A stretch of 63,928 nt of DNA, filler included, from Acidimicrobiia bacterium (lineage in GTDB: Bacteria; Actinomycetota; Acidimicrobiia; Spongiisociales; JAENVV01): NCBI GenBank assembly GCA_041577335.1. It is 3 parts of 3 records of this genome, joined end to end, with 100 filler letters (N's around TTAATTAATTAA, not from the genome) between each part and the next. Parts side by side here need not be neighbours in the genome. Positions count along the whole stretch, not along the records: positions 1 to 25,689 come from JBFGJH010000047.1; 2 more parts are not named here. One strand, given 5' to 3'. The position numbers and the translations under genes are program-made. The notes beneath the pieces are model-generated. The model was not told the origin of the DNA. It saw only the letters and a list, made by a program, of their open reading frames with translations, and did not search any database. Positions 9,690-19,763 of this stretch are shown here, one piece after another; position 1 is the first letter of the stretch; each line of letters starts with the position of its first letter.

Positions 9690-10571
9690 TCACATCGCGG
9701 CCACGAAGCTGCGATCCACGTGATCCATCCAGAAATCCAGCGTCTCGTACAAGGCAAGCGCGCCGGTATTGGCAGCGTCGACATAGAGCATGCCGGTCGC
9801 GCAGTTGCGACGGCGATGAAGGTGATCGAGACCGGCCAGAACCAGATATCGCCCGAGCCCTCGGCCCTGCTCACCCGGATCCACCGCCACCACGTAGATC
9901 TCGCCAATGCTCTCTTCATGGACTTTCGTCCAGCAGAAACCAGCGAGGTGTGAGCCACGCCAGGCCATCAGGAAGCCTTCGACATCAAACCAGTCCTGGC
10001 GTTGCCGATCGGCGAGGATCTCGGCATCCCACGCACCGTTTTCGGGATGCCCGGCAAAAGCGCGATTGTTGACTGTCAGCCAGGCTTCCTCGTCCCGTCC
10101 CGGCTCGAAGGGCCGCAATGAAATACCGTCGGGTTGGGCGGGCACGGCCATTGCAGGAAGGTCACATCGCAACTGGCGCAGCTCCCGCTCGAGCTCGAAA
10201 CCGTGCCGATGCAAGATGCCCGCCAGGGCTGGTTGAAACACCCAGAACTGCAGCCGGCTCGCTCCTGCCCTTCGCGACTCTTCCATCGCGTCCTCCAGGA
10301 GAAGCGCAACGAGCTCATCGGATCGATGAAGCGGATCTACGGCCAATCCCAATCGGTGCTCACCGCCGGCAGCGGGCGTTATGTGGGCATATCCAACGAT
10401 CTCGTGTTCGAGCTCGAACACGAGCCCGATCGACTGACCAGACGCTCCTTGCACCAGGTCCAGGTATTCATGCTCTCCGAGGGGCCAGTGACTGTCGGCT
10501 GCCCGACATCGGCGAAACAGACGATCGAGGCCGTCGAGGTCGGCGGGTCTCTGGACGTAGCGACATTCCAT
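9690..10571 (-). CDS. mshD: Mycothiol synthase (tandem GNAT)
   Basis: NNRAFAGHPENGAW, GFCWTKVH, GEIYVVAVDP..QGRGLG, LYVDA.N..A..LY. Confidence 0.92.
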   Translation of the reverse strand: MECRYVQRPADLDGLDRLFRRCRAADSHWPLGEHEYLDLVQGASGQSIGLVFELEHEIVGYAHITPAAGGEHRLGLAVDPLHRSDELVALLLEDAMEESRRAGASRLQFWVFQPALAGILHRHGFELERELRQLRCDLPAMAVPAQPDGISLRPFEPGRDEEAWLTVNNRAFAGHPENGAWDAEILADRQRQDWFDVEGFLMAWRGSHLAGFCWTKVHEESIGEIYVVAVDPGEQGRGLGRYLVLAGLDHLHRRRNCATGMLYVDAANTGALALYETLDFWMDHVDRSFVAAM

Positions 10572-10635
10572 GAGCCGAGAGGTTAGAGGCGGATGCTCCA
10601 CGGCGAAGCGCGGCGTCCCTCCTACACTACTGCGC

Positions 10636-11595
10636 GTGAGCAGAGTCGGATTGGTGTTGGGCGGCGGAGGAATCACCGGCGCCGCATACGAGACCGCGGC
10701 CTTGATGGCCCTCGAGATGGCAACGGGGTGGGACCCCAACGACGCCGAGGTGATCATCGGCACGTCAGCGGGCTCGTACGTCGCCGGGTTGGTGCGATCA
10801 GGCCAGCTTTCCCTCGATGTTGTGGCCGCGGCCGGCGAAGACCGAACCGCAGTGACCGAAAAGATCTCCAGCTACGTGTTCAAGCCCACTCGCGCTTCGG
10901 GAATCAGCCGCTGGGTTCGCTACGGACTCGCACCGGGGCTCATCCGGCCTGGTGTTCGCTTGATTTTGGGCTCGCCGGGACGGTACTCCGCCGAGGGGAT
11001 CGCCGAATGGGCCGAACACCAGATCGGCGCCATGGCGCAGACGTGGCCCGATCGGCCGACGCTCATCACGAGTTATGGAATCAAGGCACAGAAGCGCGTT
11101 GTGTTCGGGTCGGTAGAAGCACCGGATGTCGCGTTGCGCGATGCCGTCGCCGCTTCTTCGGCGGTTCCCCTGATCTTCTCGCCGCACCCGATCGGCAAGG
11201 AGCTGTATGTAGACGGTGGCGTGATGTCGGGCACTCACGCCGATCTCATTCTCGGCAATCCCGAACCACTCGACCTCGTGCTCATCCTCGCCCCGATGGC
11301 GGCCGACGCCGAACGCGAGGGCTTCAACTACGACGCCCTTTTCGATCGGGTGGGAAAGGCCGCCCTCGACGCCGAGATGGCCCTCATCAAAGACAGCTGG
11401 CCTGATACCGACGTGATCGTTCTTCGTCCCGAGCCCGAGGTACTCGAGGAGATGCGGCCCAATCCCATGAAGGCTCATGCGGCAGTTCCCACGTTTATTC
11501 GAACGATGACGTCCATGCGTACCAAACTGGCTCGGGCGACGATGTGGTCGGTCCTCGAACGGCATCTCGAGTTCCCCGCTCAGCCTGGTCGCTGA
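10636..11595 (+). CDS. Patatin-like phospholipase
   Basis: LVLGGGG, GTSAG, DGG motifs; leaderless GTG start after TACACT. Confidence 0.9.
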   Translation: MSRVGLVLGGGGITGAAYETAALMALEMATGWDPNDAEVIIGTSAGSYVAGLVRSGQLSLDVVAAAGEDRTAVTEKISSYVFKPTRASGISRWVRYGLAPGLIRPGVRLILGSPGRYSAEGIAEWAEHQIGAMAQTWPDRPTLITSYGIKAQKRVVFGSVEAPDVALRDAVAASSAVPLIFSPHPIGKELYVDGGVMSGTHADLILGNPEPLDLVLILAPMAADAEREGFNYDALFDRVGKAALDAEMALIKDSWPDTDVIVLRPEPEVLEEMRPNPMKAHAAVPTFIRTMTSMRTKLARATMWSVLERHLEFPAQPGR

Positions 11596-13271
11596 GCCTC
11601 TTTGAACCGGCGGTACATCTCCAGAAGCGCGGCTGTCGAACCGTCGGCAGGTGCCCCGGCGCCTCCTTCCACCATAGGCAGAAGGTCATTTGCCATCTGC
11701 TTGCCCAACTCCACACCCCATTGATCGAACGAGTTGATGCCCCACACGATTCCCTGGACGAAGATCTTGTGCTCGTAGAGCGCCACCAACTGACCGAGGG
11801 TGAAGGGATCAAACGTTCTCACCAAGAAGCTCGATGTCGGCTGGTTGCCGGGATAGCTGCGATGAGCGGCGAGCAGCTCGAGCCTCTCGCCGTCGATGCC
11901 TGCGTCGGCAAGGAGAGCTCGTGCTTCGTCGGCAGATCTCCCCCGCATGAGGGCCGCGGTCTGGGCGAGGTAGTTGGCCATCAGCATCGATTGGTGGCGA
12001 CCCACCGGATTGTGGCTCTCAGCGGCGATGAGGAAGTCGGCCGGCACCAACCGGGTCCCCTGATGAAGAAGCTGGAAGAACGCATGTTGACCATTGGTGC
12101 CAGGCTCTCCCCATATGACGGGACCAGTGGCGTAGCCGACCTGCGTGCCGTCCAATGTGACTCGCTTGCCGTTGCTTTCCATGTCGCCTTGCTGGAAGTA
12201 GGCCGGGAAGCGATGCAGGTACTGGTCGTACGGGATGATTGCGTGGGTCTCGGCTCCCCAGAAATTGGAGTACCAGATTCCCAGCATCGCCATGATGACC
12301 GGAATATTCGCATCGAGCGCCACGCTCTGGAAATGGTTGTCGGCTGCATGGCCTCCTGCCAGGAAGTCCTCGAAGGCGTCCATGCCGATCGCCAGCGCCA
12401 CCGGTAGGCCTATCGCCGACCACACCGAGTAACGACCGCCGACCCAGTCCCAGAATCCGAACATGTTGTCCCGGTCGATGCCGAATCGGGATACGCCGTC
12501 GGCGTTGGTTGACACCGCCACGAAGTGCCGGGACACGGCAGCTTCGTCGCCAAGCCGCTCTACGAGCCACGATCGTGCGGTGGCGGCGTTGGTCATGGTT
12601 TCTTGAGTGGTGAATGTCTTGGACGCAACGACGAAGAGAACCGTTTCGGGATCAACACGATCGAGCACGGACATGATGTCGGTGGCATCGACGTTGGAGA
12701 CGAAATAGCTCTCGAGGTCCGGCCGTTTCAACCACGCCAGCGCCTCTGTGACCATCACCGGCCCCAAATCCGATCCGCCAATCCCGATGTTGACAATGGC
12801 GCGGATCTGCTTGCCGGTATGGCCCTTCCACGATCCGTCGCGCACCTTTGTCGTGAAAGCTCGCATGCGGGCTAGCACGTCTCTCACTCCCGGCATCACG
12901 TCATGGCCGTCGACGATGACCGGGGTGGCGGATCGATTGCGAAGTGCGACGTGTAACACAGCCCGATCCTCGGTGATGTTGATGTGCTCGCCACCGAACA
13001 TCGCCGCCCTCCACCGTTCCACGCCTGCCTGACGCGCCAGGTCCACGAGCAGCTCCATCGTGCGGTCGGTAACTCTGTGCTTGGAGTAGTCGAAGTAGAG
13101 GTCGTTCAACGAGATTGCCATGCGGGTGGCGCGAACGGGATCAGCGTCGAACAGGTCTCGTACGTGTACGGCTGCCATCTGTCGCTGGTGTTCGGCAAGT
13201 GCCGCCCACGCCTCTGTTTCGTCAATCACCACGGGCTTGCTATCGGTCCGGGATGGCGATGCGCCGCTCAT
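11580..13271 (-). CDS. pgi: Glucose-6-phosphate isomerase
   Basis: GIGGSDLGP, SKTFTTQET, DWVGGRYS, GEPGTNGQH, FDQWGVELGK. Confidence 0.98.
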   Translation of the reverse strand: MSGASPSRTDSKPVVIDETEAWAALAEHQRQMAAVHVRDLFDADPVRATRMAISLNDLYFDYSKHRVTDRTMELLVDLARQAGVERWRAAMFGGEHINITEDRAVLHVALRNRSATPVIVDGHDVMPGVRDVLARMRAFTTKVRDGSWKGHTGKQIRAIVNIGIGGSDLGPVMVTEALAWLKRPDLESYFVSNVDATDIMSVLDRVDPETVLFVVASKTFTTQETMTNAATARSWLVERLGDEAAVSRHFVAVSTNADGVSRFGIDRDNMFGFWDWVGGRYSVWSAIGLPVALAIGMDAFEDFLAGGHAADNHFQSVALDANIPVIMAMLGIWYSNFWGAETHAIIPYDQYLHRFPAYFQQGDMESNGKRVTLDGTQVGYATGPVIWGEPGTNGQHAFFQLLHQGTRLVPADFLIAAESHNPVGRHQSMLMANYLAQTAALMRGRSADEARALLADAGIDGERLELLAAHRSYPGNQPTSSFLVRTFDPFTLGQLVALYEHKIFVQGIVWGINSFDQWGVELGKQMANDLLPMVEGGAGAPADGSTAALLEMYRRFKEAQRPG

Positions 13272-14193
13272 ACCAACGGAGTATCAGGCTGAGAATCAGT
13301 GTCAGTGTCACGTAGAGCACCACCAACACGAAGAAGCCCTCCCTGAACCGAAACGACGAACCGGTGTAGAGGCGCGCCATCTGCGTCACCTCCCTCACCG
13401 CCAGAACGGAGATCAAGGACGTGTCCTTCATCAGCGAGATGAGGTCATTGCCCAGAGCGGGCAGCATGTTGCGAACCGCCTGCGGCAGGACAATCGACCG
13501 CATGATCTGGCCTTCTCGCAGCCCAACCGCCCTGCCGGCCTCGACTTGGCCGGTGGGTACCGACTGGATACCCGCCCTGAACACCTCAGCGATGAATGCC
13601 GCATAGAAGAGCGACAGCGCGGCCGCGCCGCGCCATGCGTTCGATATCGCCCGTTGCTCGAGCTGCAGGAGGTTTGCGAAATCCGGCGCCAGCACGAGGG
13701 CGACCGCAAAGATGAACACAATCATCGGGATACCGCGGACCAGCTCGATGTAGAGGGTGCTGAGGTTCCTCGCTGCTCCTTGCATGAAGCGCACGAATAG
13801 GTTTCGGCCGGGCACCCTGCCGCTGATTCGGCCCAAACCCAGCAGCAACCCGAGAGCTAGCGAGGCCACGAACGCCCCCGCGGTGATTATCAATGTGAGC
13901 CCAATCCCTCGGAACAGAACCAACCGGCGCTCGGTCTGCGGCTCACCGGTAGCCAGATCGATGGGGGGCGTTGTTTGTCCTTCGAGAGGCGGCACCTCGA
14001 CCTCCTCGATCAACGGCCATGGCAAGACGTTGTCGAATGCCTCTCGATAATCCTCGTTCACGACGACCAGGTAGCCCATGTAGCCGATGATCAGGATGAT
14101 CATGACGAACCACCAGGGAAAACCAGCGGCATCGAATTTGATGATGCTGCTGGGCGGGGAGGTCGCGGCCTCGTCTTTGATCAGCTCGTCCAT
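13240..14193 (-). CDS. Polar amino-acid ABC transporter permease
   Basis: YIELVRGIP, AEVFRAGIQSV..GQ.EA, LPQA.RNMLPALGN..ISL.KDTSL. Confidence 0.92.
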   Translation of the reverse strand: MDELIKDEAATSPPSSIIKFDAAGFPWWFVMIILIIGYMGYLVVVNEDYREAFDNVLPWPLIEEVEVPPLEGQTTPPIDLATGEPQTERRLVLFRGIGLTLIITAGAFVASLALGLLLGLGRISGRVPGRNLFVRFMQGAARNLSTLYIELVRGIPMIVFIFAVALVLAPDFANLLQLEQRAISNAWRGAAALSLFYAAFIAEVFRAGIQSVPTGQVEAGRAVGLREGQIMRSIVLPQAVRNMLPALGNDLISLMKDTSLISVLAVREVTQMARLYTGSSFRFREGFFVLVVLYVTLTLILSLILRWYERRIAIPDR

Positions 14194-14212
14194 ATGTGGT
14201 TCCTAACGGAAA

Positions 14213-14234
14213 CGCCGGGCCCGAAGGCCCGGCG
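14213..14234 (-). terminator. Intergenic stem-loop between SBP and permease genes
   Basis: cgccgggcc-cgaa-ggcccggcg; UUCG loop on minus strand. Confidence 0.6.
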
Positions 14235-14288
14235 CATCCTAACGCTCGAAGCAAGAGCCTCGCTGAGCGTCAACTCGTCGTTGGCTGC

Positions 14289-15923
14289 TTATCCTTCTCC
14301 ACCCACGTCGGCGATGTCGTCGTAGGTGACGGTGAAGGAGTCGGTGAAGTACTTCCGCCCCAGCTCTTCGAGCGTGCCATTCTCCTTGAGAACCGCCAAC
14401 GCTTGATTGACAGGGTCGACGAGCGCGGACCCGAGCGGGAAGATGAACCCGAGCGGATCGGACTGCAACGCCCCATCGAGGGTCACGATCTGGTCGGCGT
14501 TCTCACCGACATAACCGAGACCGGCGGCATCGTCGATGATCACCGCATCGACATCGCCACTGATGAGCGCCTGAATCGCCAGACCGAACTGATCGAACGC
14601 ATCCACCCGGCCCTCCGGCACCAAAGTGATAGCCAGCTCGTAGTTGGTGGTTCCCACCTGGGTCCCGATCCGGGCATCCGGATCGGCCAAGACATCGTCG
14701 GCGCTGGTGTACCGGTCGTCGTCGAGTCGAGCGACCAGCTTCTGCTCAACCGCCATATACGAATCGGAGAAGTCAACGATCTCAGCACGCTCGGCCGTGA
14801 TGGAAATGCCGTCGGCGGCCGTATCGAGCAATCCCTGCGCCACCTCCTCGATCACCGCCGGCCAACCGGCCTCGGTCATCACCGGTATGCAATTCAACAA
14901 CTCGCAAATCGCGTCCCAGGCTTCGTAGTCCCACCCGGTGCCTTCCGTTTCACCAATCGGGATGTAATTGAATGGCAAATAGGCGTTCTCGACGCCGACG
15001 GTCACCTCGATGCCGCCAAGATCGGGCAGTGCAGAGGCTTCGTCCTCTTCCTCCCCGACCGGAGCGATGTCGTCGTAGGTAACCGTGAACGCGTCGGTGA
15101 AGTACTTCCGACCCAGCTCCTCCAGCGTGCCGTTGGCGGCCATCTCAGCCAGGGCCAGGTTGACTGGCTCGACCAAATCCGATCCGAGCGGGAAGATGAA
15201 TCCAAGCGGATCGGACTGCAACGCCCCATCGAGAGTTTCGATCTGGTCGGCGTTCTCACCCACGTAGCCGAGACCGGCGGCATCGTCGATGATCACGGCA
15301 TCGACATCGCCACTGATGAGCGCCTGAATCGCCAGACCGAACTGATCGAACGCATCCACCCGGCTCTCCGGCACCAGCGAGATTGCCAACTCGTAGTTGG
15401 TGGTTCCCACCTGGGTCCCGATCCGGGCATCCGGATCGGCCAAGACATCGTCGGCGGTGGTGTACCGGTCGTCATCGAGTTGAGCAACCAGCTTCTGCTC
15501 CACAACCATGTAGGGATCGGAATAGTCGACGATCTCGGCACGCTCGGCCGTGATCGAGATACCGTCGGCGGCCGTATCGAGCAAGCCCTGCGCCACCTCT
15601 TCGATCACCGCCGGCCAACCGGCCTCGGTCATCACCGGCACGCAATTCAACAACTCGCAAATCGCGTCCCAGGCGTCGTAGTCCCAGCCCGTGCCTTCGG
15701 TCTCGCCGACCGGGATGTAGTTGAACGGCAAATAGGCGTTCTCGACGCCAACCGTCACTTCTCGACCGCCGAGGTCAGGCAAGCCCGATTCGGGCGGAGC
15801 GGCCGTTGTCGCAGGCGCGTCGGTGGCCGCTGGTGCTTCTGTGGTATCCGCCGTATCAGTTCCGCAGGCGGCGAACACCATCGCCAAAGCAGCCATCAAC
15901 GCCAGTAGTTTCCTTGGGTTCAT
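14289..15923 (-). CDS. Polar amino-acid ABC substrate-binding lipoprotein with two tandem SBP_bac_3 domains
   Basis: Lipobox FAAC; two near-identical ENAYLPFNY...DPLGFIFPLGS domains; RBS GGAGG before ATG 15923. Confidence 0.92.
   Translation of the reverse strand: MNPRKLLALMAALAMVFAACGTDTADTTEAPAATDAPATTAAPPESGLPDLGGREVTVGVENAYLPFNYIPVGETEGTGWDYDAWDAICELLNCVPVMTEAGWPAVIEEVAQGLLDTAADGISITAERAEIVDYSDPYMVVEQKLVAQLDDDRYTTADDVLADPDARIGTQVGTTNYELAISLVPESRVDAFDQFGLAIQALISGDVDAVIIDDAAGLGYVGENADQIETLDGALQSDPLGFIFPLGSDLVEPVNLALAEMAANGTLEELGRKYFTDAFTVTYDDIAPVGEEEDEASALPDLGGIEVTVGVENAYLPFNYIPIGETEGTGWDYEAWDAICELLNCIPVMTEAGWPAVIEEVAQGLLDTAADGISITAERAEIVDFSDSYMAVEQKLVARLDDDRYTSADDVLADPDARIGTQVGTTNYELAITLVPEGRVDAFDQFGLAIQALISGDVDAVIIDDAAGLGYVGENADQIVTLDGALQSDPLGFIFPLGSALVDPVNQALAVLKENGTLEELGRKYFTDSFTVTYDDIADVGGEG
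14311..15783. repeat. Intragenic direct repeat, 753-bp period (about 14311-15030 and 15064-15783)
   Basis: Identical blocks recur at offset 753, e.g. tcgacatcgccactgatgagcgcctgaatcgcc at 14548 and 15301. Confidence 0.95.
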
Positions 15924-16010
15924 TGGATTCCTCCGCAACTAGTGCCCGGAAGGGCGATTGGCAGGTTACCCGGGGAACCTGCGAAAGGCGATCGCTCCTA
16001 GATTGGAGCC

Positions 16011-17483
16011 ATGCAGACCGTGTGGGTGTTCGGCGATCAACTCAACCGGAACATCGGAGCGATGGCCAATGCCGAGCCGGCCAATAGTCGAATATTGATG
16101 ATCGAAAGTGCTGCAACCAACGGCAGAGCTTTCCACCGACAACGCCTTCATCTCGTCCTCACTGCGATGCGTCGCTTCGCTACGGAACTCCGCGAGGAGG
16201 GATTCGATGTCGACTATCGACGTGCCCCATCTTTTCGTCGTGGTTTCGAGGAACACCACCGGGAGTATGAACCAGATGCGGTGACCAGCACCGAGCCCAA
16301 CAGCCGAAAACATCGTGCGCTGGCGGCCGCCTTGGGCGTCCACACCACGAAGTCCAATCAATTTCTCACCCACCCCGAGGTCTTCGCCGAGTGGGCCGGC
16401 CCACGCCAACGTCTCCGGCTCGAAGATTTCTATCGATGGCAGCGAAAGCGCCTCGGCTATTTGCTCGACGCCGACGGCGAGCCGGCCGGAGGCAGTTGGA
16501 ACTACGACCATGACAACCGGGAGCCGCCTCCCGCCGATGGGGAATGGCAGACGCCATTGTCGTCTCCACTGGACGCGGTCGACCGAGAGGTTCTCGACAG
16601 CGTGGGCGGCGTGGGCCGAGATCCGGTCGGGTGGTGGCCCACCTCGCGCGCTGCGGCGCTGGCTCGCCTTGAGCACTTTGTGGATTCCGGGCTTTCGGGT
16701 TTTGGCCGGCACGAAGACGCAATGACATCGCAGAGCTGGCATCTCGCCCATTCGCTCCTCAGCCCCGCGCTCAACCTGGGGCTCCTGTTGCCGGACGAGG
16801 TGTGCGACGCAGTCGAGACCGCCTACCGGGCTGGGGACGTGCCCATCAGCTCAGCCGAAGGGTTCATCAGACAGGTCATTGGTTGGCGGGAGTTCGTGTG
16901 GGGCATCTACTGGCTTTGGCCGGATCAGCGCGACGAGAATGTCTTCGCTCACCACCGACCACTACCACCGTCATGGGATGGCGCACCCACCGACATGCTG
17001 TGCGTGGCCGAGGCAATCGACGGGCTCGAGAAACGGGCGTGGATCCATCACATCCAGCGCCTCATGGTCCTCTCGAACTTCGCCAACCTCTACGGAATGG
17101 AACCCCACCTCGTCCACGACTGGATGCGCGAGCGGTACATAGACGGAGCAGATTGGGTGATGGGTCCCAACGTCTACGGGATGGGGCTCTGGTCGGATGG
17201 GGGGCGCATGGCCACCAAGCCATACGTATCAGGAGGCGCCTACATCAACCGAATGAGCGACTACTGCGGCGAGTGCCGCTTCAACCCGAGGAAACGAATA
17301 GGGCACGACGCCTGCCCGTTCACGACCCTGTATTGGGACTTCCTGGCGCGGCATGAGGAAACCCTTCGCTCCAACCATCGACTGGCTCGGCAGTACGCAG
17401 CGATGAAACGTCTCGAGGACCTTCCCCAGGTTCGCCAACGCGCCGCCGAGGTCGTCGCCGGTATCGAAGAGGGAACCTTGTGA
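16011..17483 (+). CDS. Cryptochrome/photolyase family protein, Fe-S bacterial (PhrB/CryB-like) class
   Basis: GDQL, H.Q.L, GGSWNYDHDNR, EGFIRQVIGWRE, HHIQRLM, TKPYVSGGAYINRMSDYC..C, ACPF. Confidence 0.92.
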   Translation: MQTVWVFGDQLNRNIGAMANAEPANSRILMIESAATNGRAFHRQRLHLVLTAMRRFATELREEGFDVDYRRAPSFRRGFEEHHREYEPDAVTSTEPNSRKHRALAAALGVHTTKSNQFLTHPEVFAEWAGPRQRLRLEDFYRWQRKRLGYLLDADGEPAGGSWNYDHDNREPPPADGEWQTPLSSPLDAVDREVLDSVGGVGRDPVGWWPTSRAAALARLEHFVDSGLSGFGRHEDAMTSQSWHLAHSLLSPALNLGLLLPDEVCDAVETAYRAGDVPISSAEGFIRQVIGWREFVWGIYWLWPDQRDENVFAHHRPLPPSWDGAPTDMLCVAEAIDGLEKRAWIHHIQRLMVLSNFANLYGMEPHLVHDWMRERYIDGADWVMGPNVYGMGLWSDGGRMATKPYVSGGAYINRMSDYCGECRFNPRKRIGHDACPFTTLYWDFLARHEETLRSNHRLARQYAAMKRLEDLPQVRQRAAEVVAGIEEGTL

Positions 17484-18169
17484 GGACCATCGGCTTGTTG
17501 GGCGGCATGAGTTGGGAGTCGTCGATCGAATACGAGCGAATCATCAATCAAGAGGTGCGCCGGCGGCTCGGTGGAGCCCACTCGGCCAGCTTGCTGATCC
17601 GGTCGTACGACTTCGCAGAGATCGAAGCAATGCAGGAGGCCGGTGACTGGGAGGGCGCCGGCGCCCTCCTAGCCCATGATGCCGCTTCGCTCGTGACAGC
17701 GGGGGCCGACCTGATCGTCCTGTGCACGAACACCATGCATCTCGTCGCCGACGCGATCGAAGCCGCCATCGATGTGCCCTTTCTCCACTTGGCAGACACC
17801 ACGGCGGCGGCCATCTCGCGAGCAGGACTCTCCACCGTGGGCTTGCTGGGAACGAGATTCACCATGGAAAAGGGGTTCTACCGCGACCGCATCGAGCGAA
17901 CTGGCGTCACGGTGATTGTCCCCGACGCCACAGACCGCCAGAAGGTCGACTCGGTGATCTTTTCCGAGCTCGTCCAGGGAATCGTCGACCCTGACTCTCG
18001 GGCAGCGCTCGTGGCGATCGTCGGCCGGTTGGCGAGTGCCGGCGCCGAAGGGATCATTGCCGGTTGCACCGAGATCGAACTCCTCGTGAGCCCCAAAGAC
18101 GTTGCCCTGCCCTACTTCCCCACCACCCGACTCCATGCGTTGGCGGCCGTCGAGGAGGCACTTCGCTGA
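17480..18169 (+). CDS. Aspartate/glutamate racemase family protein
   Basis: IGLLGGMSWES, CTNTMH, GCTEI. Confidence 0.93.
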   Translation: MRTIGLLGGMSWESSIEYERIINQEVRRRLGGAHSASLLIRSYDFAEIEAMQEAGDWEGAGALLAHDAASLVTAGADLIVLCTNTMHLVADAIEAAIDVPFLHLADTTAAAISRAGLSTVGLLGTRFTMEKGFYRDRIERTGVTVIVPDATDRQKVDSVIFSELVQGIVDPDSRAALVAIVGRLASAGAEGIIAGCTEIELLVSPKDVALPYFPTTRLHALAAVEEALR

Positions 18170-18258
18170 ACCAACGGGCCCGGACCGTCGATCGATGGAC
18201 GACCCGACTGAGCGTGAAGAAGCGCAGCACCGACCCTTGGTTCGGGGAACGAACTCGC

Positions 18259-18984
18259 CTAGGTCTCACCGAGGTAGGCCGACCGCATCTCTGGGTTGTT
18301 GAGCAGGCCCTCGGCGGTGTCGGCGAGCACGATCTCGCCGGTCTGGAGGACGTATCCGCGATCGGCGATCGAGAGAGCCATGGAGGCGTTCTGCTCGACG
18401 ACGAAGACCGCCATGCCGGCGTCGTTGATCTGTTCGATGAGCTCGAAGTTCTGTATCACCAGCGCCGGCGCCAGCCCCATCGAGGGCTCGTCCATGAGTA
18501 GGAGCTTCGGATCTGACAGCAACGCCCTCCCCACCGCCACCATCTGTTGCTCTCCCCCCGACAAGGTTCCGGCTTTCTGGCTCAGCCGCTCCTTGACACG
18601 TGGGAACATCTCGAACACGCGATCCATATCGGCATCTATGGCGGCTCGGTCGGTGCGAAGGTAGGCGCCCATCTCGAGGTTCTCCTTCACGGACATCCGA
18701 GCAAACAGCCGCCGGTTTTCGGGCACCATCGAGATACCCTTTTTGACAATGTCACGTGTGGCCCGACCGGTCATTTCGTCTCCATCGACGTGGAGACTCC
18801 CCGTGGTCGGCTCCACGTTGCCGAGGATCGTCTTCAATGTCGTGGTCTTGCCGCTGGCGTTCCCGCCCAAGAGGCACACCAGTTCTCCGGGATTGATGTG
18901 GATGTCGACATCTTTCAGCACGTGAACCGGGCCGTAGTGTGTGTTCACTCCCTTGAGTTCGAGGATGGGGTGCTCGCCCGTCAC
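18259..18984 (-). CDS. livF: Branched-chain amino-acid ABC ATPase (LivF-like)
   Basis: GGNASGKTT, LSGGEQQM, DEPSMGLAP, VEQN. Confidence 0.9.
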   Translation of the reverse strand: MTGEHPILELKGVNTHYGPVHVLKDVDIHINPGELVCLLGGNASGKTTTLKTILGNVEPTTGSLHVDGDEMTGRATRDIVKKGISMVPENRRLFARMSVKENLEMGAYLRTDRAAIDADMDRVFEMFPRVKERLSQKAGTLSGGEQQMVAVGRALLSDPKLLLMDEPSMGLAPALVIQNFELIEQINDAGMAVFVVEQNASMALSIADRGYVLQTGEIVLADTAEGLLNNPEMRSAYLGET

Positions 18985-19763
18985 GTGTCCTCCGGCGGTC
19001 TGCCCAGATACGCCTCGATGACCCGCGGGTCGTGGGACACCGTTTCGTAGTCGCCTTCGGTCAACTTCTCGCCATGGTCGAGCACCACCACCCTGTCTGA
19101 GACGGTTCCCACGACCTTCATGTCATGCTCGATCATGACGATGGCGTATCCCCATTCATCCCGAAGTTTCCCGATCAGCTGCGTGAGTTCCTTGGTCTCG
19201 CGAGGATTCATGCCGGCGGTGGGCTCGTCGAGCATCAGCAGTGTCGGCATCGTCGCCATGGCTCGGGCGATCTCGAGTCTCCGGCGATTGGCATATGAGA
19301 GAACGAAGGCGGGCTGCTCGCGGCGGTACCCGGCAAGCCGCGTCCCGAAGAAGTCGAGCACGGTGTTGGCTCTCTCTCGAATCTCCTTCTCCTCTTTCTT
19401 GAACCCACGGGTCTGGAAGAGTGCGCCCCATACTCCCTGTTCGGTGCGACAGTGCTGGGCCACCATGATGTTTTCGAGAATCGTCATGTTGGGAAACAAC
19501 CGAACATTCTGGAACGTTCGGCCGATGCCGAGGGTTGTGACCTGGTTGGGGTCCATTCCAATCAACTCGGTGCCTTGGAACCTTATGCTGCCCGAATCAG
19601 GTTTCACCATGCCTGTGATGCAATTGAAGAAGGTCGTCTTACCGGCGCCATTGGGCCCGATGATCGAAACGATCTCTCCCTCGTTGACAGTGAGAGCCAC
19701 CTCGTTGACAGCCCGCAAGCCGCCAAAGGACACAGAAACGTTGGAGATCTCGAGGAGGCTCAT
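18981..19763 (-). CDS. livG: Branched-chain amino-acid ABC ATPase (LivG-like)
   Basis: GPNGAGKTT, RTFQNVRLF, DEPTAGMN, IEHDM. Confidence 0.9.
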   Translation of the reverse strand: MSLLEISNVSVSFGGLRAVNEVALTVNEGEIVSIIGPNGAGKTTFFNCITGMVKPDSGSIRFQGTELIGMDPNQVTTLGIGRTFQNVRLFPNMTILENIMVAQHCRTEQGVWGALFQTRGFKKEEKEIRERANTVLDFFGTRLAGYRREQPAFVLSYANRRRLEIARAMATMPTLLMLDEPTAGMNPRETKELTQLIGKLRDEWGYAIVMIEHDMKVVGTVSDRVVVLDHGEKLTEGDYETVSHDPRVIEAYLGRPPEDT

